Shown: positions 1-10,922, counted from the stretch's first letter. The stretch: 64,000 bases of DNA from Planctomycetota bacterium (GCA_029260795.1 JAJDCO010000092.1:877-64876); one strand, 5' to 3'. Numbers and translations: made by a program. The notes: generated by a model not told the origin, from the sequence alone.

Positions 1-1641
1 TCCTCGGCCGCTCTTGCGCTCGACACCGTGGTGCCGACTCCGCCGATGATCGAGACGCGCGCGCCGGACCCGATCGCGTCATCGGTCCCCGAGTCGGCGC
101 CGACTCGATCTGCGAGACCCTTCCCGTGGACGCCGGTGCTGGCAACAGCCTGGCTGCTCGGCGGCTTGCTCGTCGGGGCCTTCTTTGCCTGGCGGACGCG
201 TCGCTTTCGAAACGCTCTGTCCGCGGGTCCGATGGCTCCGAGCTGGCTCGAGGACCTGGTCTCGACCGAGGCCGCCCAGTTCGGTCTGCGGGCTCCGCCC
301 ATCCGAGTCGTTCACGGTATCCAAGGTCCTCAGATCGATCCGATCGGTCGAGCGCGGATACTGTGGCCGGCTGAGAGGGTCACGGACTCCGATCCGGTTC
401 GCTGGCGAGCGGTGGTGCGGCACGAGCTGGCGCATCTTCGCCGCCGCGATCATTGGGTGCTGTGGATCGAGCTGGCCGGTGCCGTGCTTTGGTGGTGGCT
501 TCCGTTGTTCTGGTGGGTGCGCTCTCGAATGCGCCGGGACGCCGAGCTGGCCTGTGATGCGTGGGCGGTTGCGACTGCCTCGCCGGGCGAGCGGCGTCGA
601 TTCGCCGAATCGTTGATCGCGCTGGCGGCGCGGGCTTCGGCGGTCCCTTTCGGATCGCCTGGCCTGGCGGCCACTCCAAGAGCGCGGCGTCTCTTTGAAA
701 GGAGACTGATCATGATCGTGGATCAGGTACCGCATCGGATTCCCCGTTGGCTTCCGCTGGGAGTCTTCGCCTTGGTCGGGTTGGCGTTCCCGAGCTGGCT
801 GGTTCTGCAAGCGCAGAGCTCGACGCCCCAGGATCGGGACTTTCTGAAGCCGGTCGTCGACGACGATCGCTACTGGACGGCCGAAGCCCGCGGCAACGTT
901 CCCTTGGGTCAGGAGTCGACGCTCGAGGTGCATGCTCGTGTGGGCCAGCTCGAGATCGTGACCGGCCAGGGGCGCGACATCGTCATCACGGCGAACGTTC
1001 GCGCCAAGAAGGAGCACGTGGACGCCGCCGAGGTGCGCTCCGTCTTCGAGGATCATGTGAAGGTCGAGCGCCGAGACGGCAAGCTCGTCATCAAGGACGC
1101 TCACGAGCCCGAGCCGCAGCCGGCCGGGGAGAAGGGTCGCGACAACGTCTGGCAAGTCGATCTGCGAGTCGAGGTGCCGAGGGCGCTCCACATCGTGGCC
1201 CACTCGGGTGTGGGAGACGTGCGCATCGAGACCGGACGCAGCGTGGTGGCGCATGTCGGCGTCGGTAACGTGCAGCTCCGGCTCCGGGACGTCGAGAAGA
1301 TCGAAGGCCATCTGGGCGTCGGGGACCTGATCATCCAAGCCGGTCACGTCAACGACAGCTCGCAGGTGGACGTCGGCACCGGCAGTGTGAAGCTGACCCT
1401 GGATTCGGTGAACGCCGACTGGACCGTCACGCTCGGTGTGGGAGACCTCGTGATGACGGTGCCGCAGCAAGTCTCGGCTTCCTTCGAGCTCGAGTCCGGC
1501 ATCGGCACCGTCGACGTTCCGTGGGGTTCGGCCGAGGTGAAGAAGGATTCGCTCGGCGCCAAGGCGAAGATCGACCTCGGTCAAGGCGCTCGCGTTCAGG
1601 CGAAGACCGGCGTCGGATCGATTCGCGTCCACGGAAGCTGA
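1..1641 (+). CDS. M56 family (BlaR1-like) metallopeptidase fused to a DUF4097-like beta-strand repeat domain, 5'-partial
   Basis: Frame open from base 1. VRHELAHLRRRDHW zinc motif and WWxP...ELACDAWAV signature, TM segments, then C-terminal GVGD/GTGS repeats. Confidence 0.85.
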   Translation, partial: SSAALALDTVVPTPPMIETRAPDPIASSVPESAPTRSARPFPWTPVLATAWLLGGLLVGAFFAWRTRRFRNALSAGPMAPSWLEDLVSTEAAQFGLRAPPIRVVHGIQGPQIDPIGRARILWPAERVTDSDPVRWRAVVRHELAHLRRRDHWVLWIELAGAVLWWWLPLFWWVRSRMRRDAELACDAWAVATASPGERRRFAESLIALAARASAVPFGSPGLAATPRARRLFERRLIMIVDQVPHRIPRWLPLGVFALVGLAFPSWLVLQAQSSTPQDRDFLKPVVDDDRYWTAEARGNVPLGQESTLEVHARVGQLEIVTGQGRDIVITANVRAKKEHVDAAEVRSVFEDHVKVERRDGKLVIKDAHEPEPQPAGEKGRDNVWQVDLRVEVPRALHIVAHSGVGDVRIETGRSVVAHVGVGNVQLRLRDVEKIEGHLGVGDLIIQAGHVNDSSQVDVGTGSVKLTLDSVNADWTVTLGVGDLVMTVPQQVSASFELESGIGTVDVPWGSAEVKKDSLGAKAKIDLGQGARVQAKTGVGSIRVHGS

Positions 1642-1684
1642 TAGAGCTCGGCGGGGCCGGTTCCCACGCCACGGCCCCGCTCAC

Positions 1685-2881
1685 TCACCTCACCCCGACC
1701 CGCGTGCCGTCTTCGATCTCCTCGTCCGGGTGAGAGATCACCGTCTCACCGCGGTCGAGACCCGAGAGGATCTGCGTCGCGAGCCCGCTTCGTTGCCCGA
1801 TCTCCACGCGCCGCTGGCGAGCTCGGCCCTCGATGATGGCAAAGACGGCCCAGCCACCTTCGGGGATCTCGAAGAGCGAGCTGGTCGGCACTTGGAGCAC
1901 GTCGTCCTCTTCCCAGAGGATGAACGTGCCTTCGACGCGATAGCCATCGCCCAAGCGTCGTGTCTCGTCGGTCGTCTCGTTGAAACTGCAGATGACGAGA
2001 ACCCGCTGCTCCTCGACACCGAGCGCCGAGATCTTCGTGAAGCCGACGGGCTCGACGACCCGCACTCGTCCGAGGATCGGACTCTCGCCACCCCAACGCT
2101 CGAAGCGAACCTTCATACCGGGCTGGAGCTGCACGGCATCGCGGGAGAGCACCTCCACCTCGATCTCGAGAGAAGTGGGATCCCCGATCTCGAGCAGCGG
2201 CGACCCTGCCGTGACGACACTCTCACTCTCGCGGTAGCGCTTGAGAACCGCACCCGTCACGGGCGATCGGAGCGCGATGCGCTCGGGAGGAGACTCGCCG
2301 TCGGTGCCCGAGGAATGGTCGAGGGTGCTCCGGGCGATCTCAACCTGGTAACGCGTGACGTCGGCGCCGAAGCGAGCCGATCGCAGCTGCGCTTCCGCTT
2401 GTCGCGCCTTCGTGCGCGTGCGCTCGAAGAGCTCCCGGGACGAGATATCCTTCTCGACGAGATTGGCCTGTCGGTCGAGCTCTCCCGCCCAGTAGGCCTG
2501 GTCGGCGGCGGCGGACTCGATGCGCTCGCGGGCTTCGTCGAAAGCCGCGTTGGCCGCCTCGAGCCGATGGGTCGCCTCCGCGTGTGAGCGAGCATCGAGC
2601 AGGCTCGCGGGGACCGGCGTCAGCGCACAGACCTCCTGGCCGGCCTCGACCGAGTCCCCGACCTCGAGCTCGATGCGACCGAGCGTGCTGTTCAAGGGCG
2701 CCGAAACCACGAAGCGATCGACCACCCGCGTTCGTCCCTCTTCGGTGAACCCGACCTCGAGCGCTCCGACACGCACCGGCTCGGTATCGACCAGGACGGG
2801 CTTCGGCCAGAATCCGTAGGCGATGGCCGAGACGATCAGCAGGCTGACGAAGCCCCAGCCCAGCTTTCCCTTCCAGCTCAT
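1685..2881 (-). CDS. HlyD/efflux periplasmic adaptor subunit
   Basis: N-terminal TM, VSAP...GDSVEAGQ lipoyl half, coiled coil, RSPVTGAV, ISALGVEEQRV. Last gene of the ABC operon. Confidence 0.9.
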   Translation of the reverse strand: MSWKGKLGWGFVSLLIVSAIAYGFWPKPVLVDTEPVRVGALEVGFTEEGRTRVVDRFVVSAPLNSTLGRIELEVGDSVEAGQEVCALTPVPASLLDARSHAEATHRLEAANAAFDEARERIESAAADQAYWAGELDRQANLVEKDISSRELFERTRTKARQAEAQLRSARFGADVTRYQVEIARSTLDHSSGTDGESPPERIALRSPVTGAVLKRYRESESVVTAGSPLLEIGDPTSLEIEVEVLSRDAVQLQPGMKVRFERWGGESPILGRVRVVEPVGFTKISALGVEEQRVLVICSFNETTDETRRLGDGYRVEGTFILWEEDDVLQVPTSSLFEIPEGGWAVFAIIEGRARQRRVEIGQRSGLATQILSGLDRGETVISHPDEEIEDGTRVGVR

Positions 2882-2885
2882 GTCA

Positions 2886-5249
2886 TCACTCCCGAGTCTT
2901 GAGCACCGCGACCAAGTCGAGGCGGTTCAGCTTGCGTCGAACGAGCGCCGCCGAGATCAACGCCGAGACGATCACGACCGTGGTGGCCAGGGCGAAGGTG
3001 CTGATGTCGATCACGAAGGGAATCCGAAAGAGGTCGGTCTGCAGATTCTGGATGAGGAACGCCGTGAGTAACCAGCCCAGGCCGAAGCCGAGGAGGATGC
3101 CGAGCGCGGTCAGGATCGCGAGCTCGCCCAGGAGTATGTATGCGATCTCGCCGCGCGTGAACCCGAGAACTCGAAGGCTCGCCAGCTCACGTCCTCGCTC
3201 CGACAGGGCGATCCGAGCACTGTTGTAGACGACGCCGAACGCGATCGTCATCGCGAGCAGCGTGTTGAAGAAGGAGAACGTCAACATCTGCTCGGCCATC
3301 GTGTCGTAGAAGTTTCGGATGATGTTGGCGCGAATCGAGGTGCCTCCGATCTGTGGTCGCGCTTCGAGCTGACGATAGAGAGACGACGAGCCGGAGCCGC
3401 GTGCGTCGAGCCGCACTCCGGAGATGGCGTCGCCTTCATCCATGAGCCGGTTGAGGGACGGGAGGTTCATCGTCGCCGAGACGCCGATGTAGTCTCGCAC
3501 CAGTCGGGCGATGGGCACCCGCTTCACCGTCCGCGAGCCTTCGAGCGCCTCGACCGTCACCGAGTCGCCGACTCCGACTCCCAGCCAATCGCCCAGGAAC
3601 TCCGAGAGCATCAGCCCGTCGACCGGAATCGGGACGGGACGGTGATTCTGGTCGAGCCGATGCGCCAGCCGGCTGTCGATTGGGAGGCCCTCGATGGCCG
3701 TTCGGTACTCCTTGTGGCCGGCCCGGAGTCGAACGGGCACGATGCGGAAGGGCTCCGCCTGATCGACCTCTTCCAGAGACTCGAGCTCGAACAGGGCGCG
3801 CCGCGAGGTGGGCTCGATCAGATGGGCCGTCGCGTCGTCCTGGGCGGCGAAGCGCAGCTGCACATTGACCATCTCCTCGATCGCATCCCCGAAGAAAGCG
3901 CCCAGAATCAGAATCGCGCAGGCGAAGGACATGCCCAGGATCGAGAGCGAGGACTTCAGCGGTCGGCGCTCGAGGTGGCGGATGATCATGCGCGTCGGCT
4001 GATGCAGCCAACGCTGGAGCCCCAGGCGCTCGACGAGTGAGACCCGGTAGCTGGCCGGGGGCTCGGGCCGCATCGCTTCGGCAGGCGGTAGATGAGCCGC
4101 TCGCCAGACGGCGTGAATCGTTCCCAGCAGCCCGGCCGTGATCGCGACCGCCGCTCCGGCGACGATGAACAGCGGCGCGACCTCATAGTCGAGGTAGGGG
4201 AAGTGGTAGAACTTCGTGTACATGGCCGAGAGGCCAAGGCCGAGCCAGCGACCGGCCAGAGTGCCGGCGAGCAGTCCGACCGCCACGATCACGAGCACCA
4301 GCTTCGTGAAGTGGATCCCGATCACGATGTTGGAGTAGCCGAAAGCCTTCAGCGCCGCGATCTGCTCGCGCTGGGTCGCTACCAGTCTCGTGATCACGAC
4401 GTTCAGCAGGAAGCTCGCGACCGAGAGGAAGATCGCCGGAAAGAGCGTCGCCATCTGCTCGAGCTGACGAAACTCCTCGGAGAGGAAGCGATGGGAGAGC
4501 TGATCGTCGCGGCCGTAGGCACCGAGCCCACCGTACTGCTCGAGAACCGTGTCGAGCGCGTCGAGTGCGCGCGCTTCCGAGCCACCGTGAGCCAGCCGCG
4601 CCGTGACGTCGTTGAACGCTCCCTCGAGATCGTAGGCACTCTGGAGAGCGCGTCGTGGCATCCAGAGCACGCCGAAGGTCTTGTCGTCGGGAATCGTGCC
4701 TCCGGGCGGGATCAGGTAGATGTACTCGGGTGAGAGCGCGACGCCGGTCACGGTCAGGTGCTTACGTCGCCCGTGAAGGATGGCGGTCAACGAAGAGCCT
4801 GGCGTCAGGCGATGCGCCAAGGCAAAGGACTCACTGACGACGATCTCGTCGTCGCTCCGTGGATCGGGAGGTCCGCCCTGGATCCAGTGCAGGCCGTTGA
4901 GCGTGGGCTTGCCCGAGTCCGGGAGCGAGAGGAGGCGTCCGGTGATCGGCTCGTCGAATCCCGCGACCTCGAGATGGACGGGCGCCACGACGCGTGTCTC
5001 GACGAGGCGAAGATCCGCGATCTCGGCGAGCTGCGCCTCGACGCTCTCGGGCGCTCGCATCAGCGAGGCAAAGACATCCGCGAAGCGCTGCTCGGCGTAG
5101 AACCGTGACCGCGTGCGTTGCAGCGAGTCGAGCGTCGCCAGCGACATGATGAAGGTCGCGATCCCGCTTGCGATCACCAGCGAGATCGCCAACGACTGGC
5201 CGCGCAGGTGCCAGAAGTCTCGGAGCAGCTTTCGGTCCAACGCACGCAC
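2886..5249 (-). CDS. FtsX/MacB-like ABC transporter permease (duplicated)
   Basis: MRALDRKLLRD start, QREQIAALKAFGY and ERGRELASLRVLGF motifs, multiple TM segments, 787 aa. Confidence 0.92.
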   Translation of the reverse strand: MRALDRKLLRDFWHLRGQSLAISLVIASGIATFIMSLATLDSLQRTRSRFYAEQRFADVFASLMRAPESVEAQLAEIADLRLVETRVVAPVHLEVAGFDEPITGRLLSLPDSGKPTLNGLHWIQGGPPDPRSDDEIVVSESFALAHRLTPGSSLTAILHGRRKHLTVTGVALSPEYIYLIPPGGTIPDDKTFGVLWMPRRALQSAYDLEGAFNDVTARLAHGGSEARALDALDTVLEQYGGLGAYGRDDQLSHRFLSEEFRQLEQMATLFPAIFLSVASFLLNVVITRLVATQREQIAALKAFGYSNIVIGIHFTKLVLVIVAVGLLAGTLAGRWLGLGLSAMYTKFYHFPYLDYEVAPLFIVAGAAVAITAGLLGTIHAVWRAAHLPPAEAMRPEPPASYRVSLVERLGLQRWLHQPTRMIIRHLERRPLKSSLSILGMSFACAILILGAFFGDAIEEMVNVQLRFAAQDDATAHLIEPTSRRALFELESLEEVDQAEPFRIVPVRLRAGHKEYRTAIEGLPIDSRLAHRLDQNHRPVPIPVDGLMLSEFLGDWLGVGVGDSVTVEALEGSRTVKRVPIARLVRDYIGVSATMNLPSLNRLMDEGDAISGVRLDARGSGSSSLYRQLEARPQIGGTSIRANIIRNFYDTMAEQMLTFSFFNTLLAMTIAFGVVYNSARIALSERGRELASLRVLGFTRGEIAYILLGELAILTALGILLGFGLGWLLTAFLIQNLQTDLFRIPFVIDISTFALATTVVIVSALISAALVRRKLNRLDLVAVLKTRE

Positions 5250-5280
5250 GGTCAGGTTCCTCGTCTCGAGCGAATCGCCT

Positions 5281-6030
<750 letters not shown>

Positions 6031-6202
6031 GGCACCTTGGGTGGCGACGAATGGGGGAATGGCGGAGCCGAACTCGAGGAACCGTCGACTCCCGGTGATC
6101 CTTCACCTTGGGCCACGACTCCGGGCGGCGCAAGGGCTGACCCCGCCTCCCGAAAATGCGAGGATCGCCCGCATTCGGCCCGCGCAAAACGAGGAGCCAA
6201 CT

Positions 6203-6964
6203 ATGACCCCGCGAATTCGTCTGGAGATCTGCACCGACTCGGTGGCGGGAATGAGCGCTGCTGTTCGGGGAGGCGCCGATCGCGTCGAGCTTTGCTCGAA
6301 CTTGGGCGAAGGGGGCACGACACCCTCCCTCGGTCTGCTCCGGCAGGCGCGTCGCAGCTCGTCGCTTCCGATGGCGGTGCTGGTGCGGCCTCGGCGCGGC
6401 GACTTCGTTTACGATGCCTTTGAGACCGAGGTCATCCTCGACGACATTCGCTCCGCACGCTTCGAAGGCGCGGACATCCTCGTCGTCGGAGCGCTCCGAC
6501 CCGACGGCACGATCGACCGCGAGACCACCGCTCGCTGCGTGGAGGCGGCCCGTCCGTTGCCCGTCACCTTTCACCGAGCGTTCGATCTGGTCCGGGAACC
6601 CGCCGAAGCGCTCGAGGTGCTGATCGGGCTCGGGATCGAACGCGTGCTGACGTCGGGCCAGGCGCCGAGTGCTCTCGAGGGCGCGAACGTCTTGTCTCGG
6701 CTCGTCGCTCAGGCGGCCCGACGAATCCTCGTCTTGGCCGGGGCGGGCGTGCGCGCTCACAACGTCGCCGAGCTGGTGGCGCGCACCGGCGTTTCGGAGG
6801 TCCACGGCTCGGCGTTCACGGCCAGCGAGAGCCCGATGCGGTACCGGAACGAGCGCCTCGATCTCGGCTCGAGCGTCCCGCGAGGCGAGTACGAGCGAGC
6901 CGAGACCGACCAGGAGACGGTTCGGATGTTTCGGGCCGCGGTGGACGCCGCGTCGGCCAGCTAG
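6203..6964 (+). CDS. cutC: copper homeostasis protein CutC family
   Basis: LEIC...GGADRVELC...GGTTPS, VRPRRGDFVY, TFHRAFD, RVLTSG motifs. GAGGAG RBS before ATG 6203. Confidence 0.93.
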   Translation: MTPRIRLEICTDSVAGMSAAVRGGADRVELCSNLGEGGTTPSLGLLRQARRSSSLPMAVLVRPRRGDFVYDAFETEVILDDIRSARFEGADILVVGALRPDGTIDRETTARCVEAARPLPVTFHRAFDLVREPAEALEVLIGLGIERVLTSGQAPSALEGANVLSRLVAQAARRILVLAGAGVRAHNVAELVARTGVSEVHGSAFTASESPMRYRNERLDLGSSVPRGEYERAETDQETVRMFRAAVDAASAS

Positions 6965-6989
6965 CAGCGCCCACCGGGCGGCGCGGCTC

Positions 6990-7454
6990 TCACTGCTCGA
7001 GCGGGTGACTCTGCCACAGGACGTTGCGGATCTTCCACTTGCCGTCTTCCTTGGCGAGGTGGAAGTAGTCGATGCCCCAGGCCGCGGTCAGCTTGCCGCT
7101 CGCGGTTTGATCGAGGATGTCGAAGATCTCGATCTTCTTGGGCGAGCTCGCGTCGGCGCGGCTGCCGTCCTTGTTCCAGGCGCCGGCGAGGGCGACCGCT
7201 TGCTCGAAGTTCATGCCCGTGCCTTGGAAGGCCTGGCTCGGGTCCTTCTGCCAGTAGCCGTACTTGGTGAGATCCTTCGAGACGCTGCGCTCGATGTACT
7301 CGGGCTTGCACTCGTAGAATGCCTCGCAGTAGTCGAGCATGGCGCGCTCGACCGCGGCTCGCTCGCCCTTGGCGGGTGTGACCTTGACCTTGTCTTGAAT
7401 CTGCCAACCGATCGCGAGGAGCGTCGGGGCGAGGAACAGCAGCACCTTGGTCAT
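6990..7454 (-). CDS. secreted NTF2-like (lumazine-binding-like) protein
   Basis: Signal peptide, AVERAMLDY...ASGKLTAAWGIDYFHLAKEDGKWKIRNVLW. GGAGG RBS upstream of ATG 7454. Confidence 0.8.
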   Translation of the reverse strand: MTKVLLFLAPTLLAIGWQIQDKVKVTPAKGERAAVERAMLDYCEAFYECKPEYIERSVSKDLTKYGYWQKDPSQAFQGTGMNFEQAVALAGAWNKDGSRADASSPKKIEIFDILDQTASGKLTAAWGIDYFHLAKEDGKWKIRNVLWQSHPLEQ

Positions 7455-7583
7455 GAGACTCCTCCGGTAGAGTGAGAGACGGTCGGTTCCAACGACCTCG
7501 AGCAGCAATACGTGGATGCAGTCCGTGCAGTTGGACCGATCCCGCGATCCGTCCTCGCCGAGCGAGCCCTTGAGGAGAATCGA

Positions 7584-7904
7584 GTGGACAAGACACGAAC
7601 GACGAGCTGTTACGCGGTGATCTTCTGGTCGAAGCTGCGAGAGGGAGGGGAAGGATACCAGGAGGCGGCGGAGCGCATGGAGGCTCTCGCCGCGGAGCAG
7701 GAGGGCTATGTGGGAATCGAGTCGGTGCGGGACGCTTCGGGAGACGGTGTGACGATCTCCTACTGGGAGAGCCGGGAGGCGATCGCTCGCTGGCGCGACC
7801 ACCCGGAGCATCGGCTCATTCAGGAGCGAGGTCGGCGAGAATGGTACGCCGAGTACCGCCTGGAGGTGAGCCGAGTCGAGCGGAGCCTCCACTTTCCGGC
7901 GTGA
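7584..7904 (+). CDS. antibiotic biosynthesis monooxygenase (ABM) family protein
   Basis: YAVIF...GYVGIESVR...GVTISYWES...EH..IQ..GR..WY pattern. GAGGAG RBS before GTG 7584. Confidence 0.85.
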   Translation: MDKTRTTSCYAVIFWSKLREGGEGYQEAAERMEALAAEQEGYVGIESVRDASGDGVTISYWESREAIARWRDHPEHRLIQERGRREWYAEYRLEVSRVERSLHFPA

Positions 7905-7906
7905 TT

Positions 7907-8294
7907 CCCCCTGGGACCGCGGGCGGCTCGCCGGCTCGAGGCCACTCGCTCCGCCACGCCCCCCTGGAACCGAGGGCGGCTCCTCCCCCTGGGACGGCGG
8001 GCGGCCCGCCCGCTTCGGTGGGCTCTCGGCGTGAACCGCCAGAGCCGTGTCGCGCAAGGCGCTGTCGGGACGGCTTGGGAGGTGACCGCTCTCTCAGCTT
8101 TGTCGTCCAAAAGCACCCCGGCCCGACGTCGCGCGATGACAGGGACGGAGCGAAGTGACGAGCTCCGTTCGCGTCTCTGTCAGTTGCGGCCCGCCCGCTC
8201 GAGGCCACCGCTCCGCCACGCCAACCTGGGACGGCGGGCGGCTCGCCGGCATTGCCTTGTTCCTCACCCCTGGGACCGAGGGCGGCCCGCCCGC
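7907..8294 (+). repeat. cluster of REP-like palindromic repeats CTGGGAC(C/G)G(C/A)GGGCGGC(T/C)CGCC(G/C)GC
   Basis: Copies at about 7911, 7964, 7989, 8226 and 8270 plus a partial one at 8186. Linker CTCGAGGCCAC(T)CGCTCCGCCACGCC is duplicated. Lies between convergent genes. Confidence 0.75.
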
Positions 8295-8441
8295 ATTGGG
8301 TAGTGAAGGTCGTGATCTGGACGTTGGTGAAACGCTGGGCAAGCGAGTGCCGAAGCCGAGTGCCACCCTTCATACGAGTCGACTCGAAGCGCGCGAACTC
8401 CTACCCGACTGAAACGTCGAGCCTCCGAGGGGGCGGGCTGG

Positions 8442-8828
8442 TCAGTCCTCGAGCGCGTCGATGATGGCTTGGGTCAGATTGGCGATGTCCTCGTCCTCGG
8501 CGACGATGGCGCCGGTCTCGGCGACGAGATCGAAGCCCTGATCCTCGGCGGCCCGCTTGAGCGCGGCATTGAACTTGACGTTGGCCTTCTTCAACAGGAC
8601 CCAGTACTTCGCGTCGTTCTTGTCGAGGCCTTCGTCGAGGATCTGCTGGTACTCGGGGATGGCGTGGAAGACCTTCTTGCCCGAGACGGTCGCCGCGGTC
8701 GTGAACGCCTCGGGGTCTCCGAGATAGACCTGCTTGGGCTTGACGACGCGCACACCGGTGCTCGGGGTCGCGAAGGCACTCAGGGCGAAGGCGAGGATCA
8801 TCAGGCCGGTCGAAATCGCGCGTTTCAT
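8442..8828 (-). CDS. secreted OmpH/Skp-like small protein
   Basis: Signal peptide. ATVSGKKVFHAIPEY resembles the Skp N-terminus, and ALKRAAEDQGFDLV...NLTQAIIDAL resembles the Skp C-terminus. Confidence 0.6.
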   Translation of the reverse strand: MKRAISTGLMILAFALSAFATPSTGVRVVKPKQVYLGDPEAFTTAATVSGKKVFHAIPEYQQILDEGLDKNDAKYWVLLKKANVKFNAALKRAAEDQGFDLVAETGAIVAEDEDIANLTQAIIDALED

Positions 8829-9514
8829 CTCTCTGCTCCAGGTTCGAGGCGCGTCGTGAGGGATCGATTCGTTCTCGTCAGCGCGGTGGGTCGGTCATGC
8901 GTGGCATCGATTCCATTTTTTCGAGGAGTGGTTTCGCCTCACGGGTGGGAGGCCTCATCTCAGAGAGACTGAACGCGTCGGTTTCCGTGACAGAAGAAAC
9001 ACGAAAAGCGTCGGGCTCCCGAACTCTTCCGGCGTGGGATGAGACGACTCCGGGGCAGGTTTCATTTCCTCTCGAAACGAAACTGTTCGCCGATCGCAAC
9101 GCCCGACCGGGCCGGCGGCGCGATGGGTCGCACTCGGAAGGAGCTTCGGATGCGATCACCCGAGCGGATTCCATTTCCCTCTGAGGCAAGCCGCCTGCGC
9201 CTCTTTCTGTGAGGCGTCTGGCCACCCTTTTCCCGTCGCGAGGATCCCTCGCGGAGGGCTTGAGGTGTCGCCGTGGTTGCCGACGAATCGACACTGCGCC
9301 GACTCTGACGCCTGGTCGCGATCGAGACGCAGGCGAGGACGACGTCGACGGCCACCCGGTCTCAGGCGTGCGGACCGGCGCCGTTCGAGGCTCATCGGCA
9401 CGCCGACCGGCTGGCCGTGCTTGCCGGCTGACCCGCCGAATAGATCTCGCCGGCGGCGGAGTCTGGCTGCTTCCCGGATGGACGATCAGGGAGCTTGTGA
9501 CGCTCTCGACTTGC

Positions 9515-9555
9515 TGGCAGAGTGGATGCATCCTCTTCCAGGAACGTGATATACT
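9515..9555 (+). promoter_or_regulatory. candidate promoter(s) of the DUF1501 operon
   Basis: TGGCAGAGTGGATGCA (GG-N10-GC, sigma54-like) at 9515-9530 and extended -10 TGATATACT at 9547-9555. Confidence 0.35.
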
Positions 9556-9623
9556 GCCGCCTTCACTCGCCACCGAGGGATCCCCGGACACGGGATCACC
9601 GAGGTCGACCCGTCGAGGTCGTC

Positions 9624-10922
9624 ATGACAAGACGTAATGCGCTCACCGGCCAGTCGACCTGGAGTCGACGTCACGTGTTGCAACGGGGCCTCGGTGCCCT
9701 GGGGTTGATGGCAGCTTGGCCGTGGGCGGAGGTGTTCGCTCGCCGGCGAGCGGACGCGCCGGCACGCGCCGCCATCCAGATCTTCCTCGGAGGCGGTCTC
9801 AGCCACCTTGATACCTTCGACCCGAAGCCGTTCGCGCCCATCGAAGTGCGAGGCCCGTTCAAGACGGTGCCAGCCGGGAAGACGGGGGAGGAGTTCACCC
9901 AGCTCCTCGGTCGAACGGCCCGCATCGCGGATCGCATCGCCGTGATCCGATCCATGAGCCACGGTGAAGCCGCACACGAGCGCGGAACGCACAATATGCT
10001 GACGGGCTACCGTCCTTCGCCGGCGATCACATACCCGAGCCTTGGCTCGGTCGTGGCGCAGCAGCTCGGCGGGCGGAACAACCTGCCGCCCTACGTCGCG
10101 ATTCCCGACGCTCGCCAGGAGTTCCTCGGCACCGGCTACCTGAGCTCGGCGTATGCCGCCTTCAGCGTCGGAGGCGATCCCGCCGGGCGCAACTTCCGCG
10201 TTCGCGACCTCGCCTCGCCCGAAGGCGTCGACGGCGATCGGCTAGCGCGTCGCCGTCGACTCGTGACTGAGATCGACGAGCCCTTCGAAGCGACGGCCAC
10301 CGACGACGCGCTCGACGCGACCGACGCCTTCTATGAGCAGGCCTATCAGCTCATCGAGTCGGAGTCGGCACGAACGGCCTTCGAGGTGGCCGCCGAGCCG
10401 GACGCGATCAAGAAGCGCTACGGCGGCGGTCTCGGACAGCGTCTCCTGCTGGCGCGCCGCCTGGTCGAAGCGGGAGCTCGCTACGTCACCGTGCTCGATG
10501 GTGGCTACGACAACCATCAGAACCTGGGCCGGACGCTGCCGCGCAAGATGGGGCAGCTGGATCAGGGTTACTCGGCTCTCCTCAGCGATCTCGCAGAGCG
10601 AAAGCTGCTCGACTCCACGCTCGTCCTGCTGACGACCGAGTTCGGACGGACCCCGCGCATGAACGCGACCGAAGGCCGAGATCATTGGCCCAAGGTCTTC
10701 TCGGTCGCCCTCGCCGGCGGTGGAGTCCGGGGAGGGGTGATCCACGGAGCCTCGAATGCGAATGGCAGCGAGCCCGACTCGGACGCGGTCTCACCCCCGG
10801 ATCTCGCGGCAACCGTGTTCACCCAGCTCGGCATCGACCCGACCCAGCGCTTGCTGAGCCCGGGTGATCGTCCCATCGACATCGTGCGCGGCGGTCGCGT
10901 TCTGACGGAGCTGCTGGCGTGA
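9624..10922 (+). CDS. DUF1501 domain protein (Tat-exported)
   Basis: SRRHVLQ twin-arginine-like leader, IFLGGGLSHLDTFDPKP, TEFGRTP...GRDHWP. Confidence 0.93.
   Translation: MTRRNALTGQSTWSRRHVLQRGLGALGLMAAWPWAEVFARRRADAPARAAIQIFLGGGLSHLDTFDPKPFAPIEVRGPFKTVPAGKTGEEFTQLLGRTARIADRIAVIRSMSHGEAAHERGTHNMLTGYRPSPAITYPSLGSVVAQQLGGRNNLPPYVAIPDARQEFLGTGYLSSAYAAFSVGGDPAGRNFRVRDLASPEGVDGDRLARRRRLVTEIDEPFEATATDDALDATDAFYEQAYQLIESESARTAFEVAAEPDAIKKRYGGGLGQRLLLARRLVEAGARYVTVLDGGYDNHQNLGRTLPRKMGQLDQGYSALLSDLAERKLLDSTLVLLTTEFGRTPRMNATEGRDHWPKVFSVALAGGGVRGGVIHGASNANGSEPDSDAVSPPDLAATVFTQLGIDPTQRLLSPGDRPIDIVRGGRVLTELLA

Noticed and set aside
7907-8294. Possible CRISPR array
   Set aside because: Repeats are degenerate and irregularly spaced, the linkers are themselves duplicated, and there are no cas genes. 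REP-like fits better.
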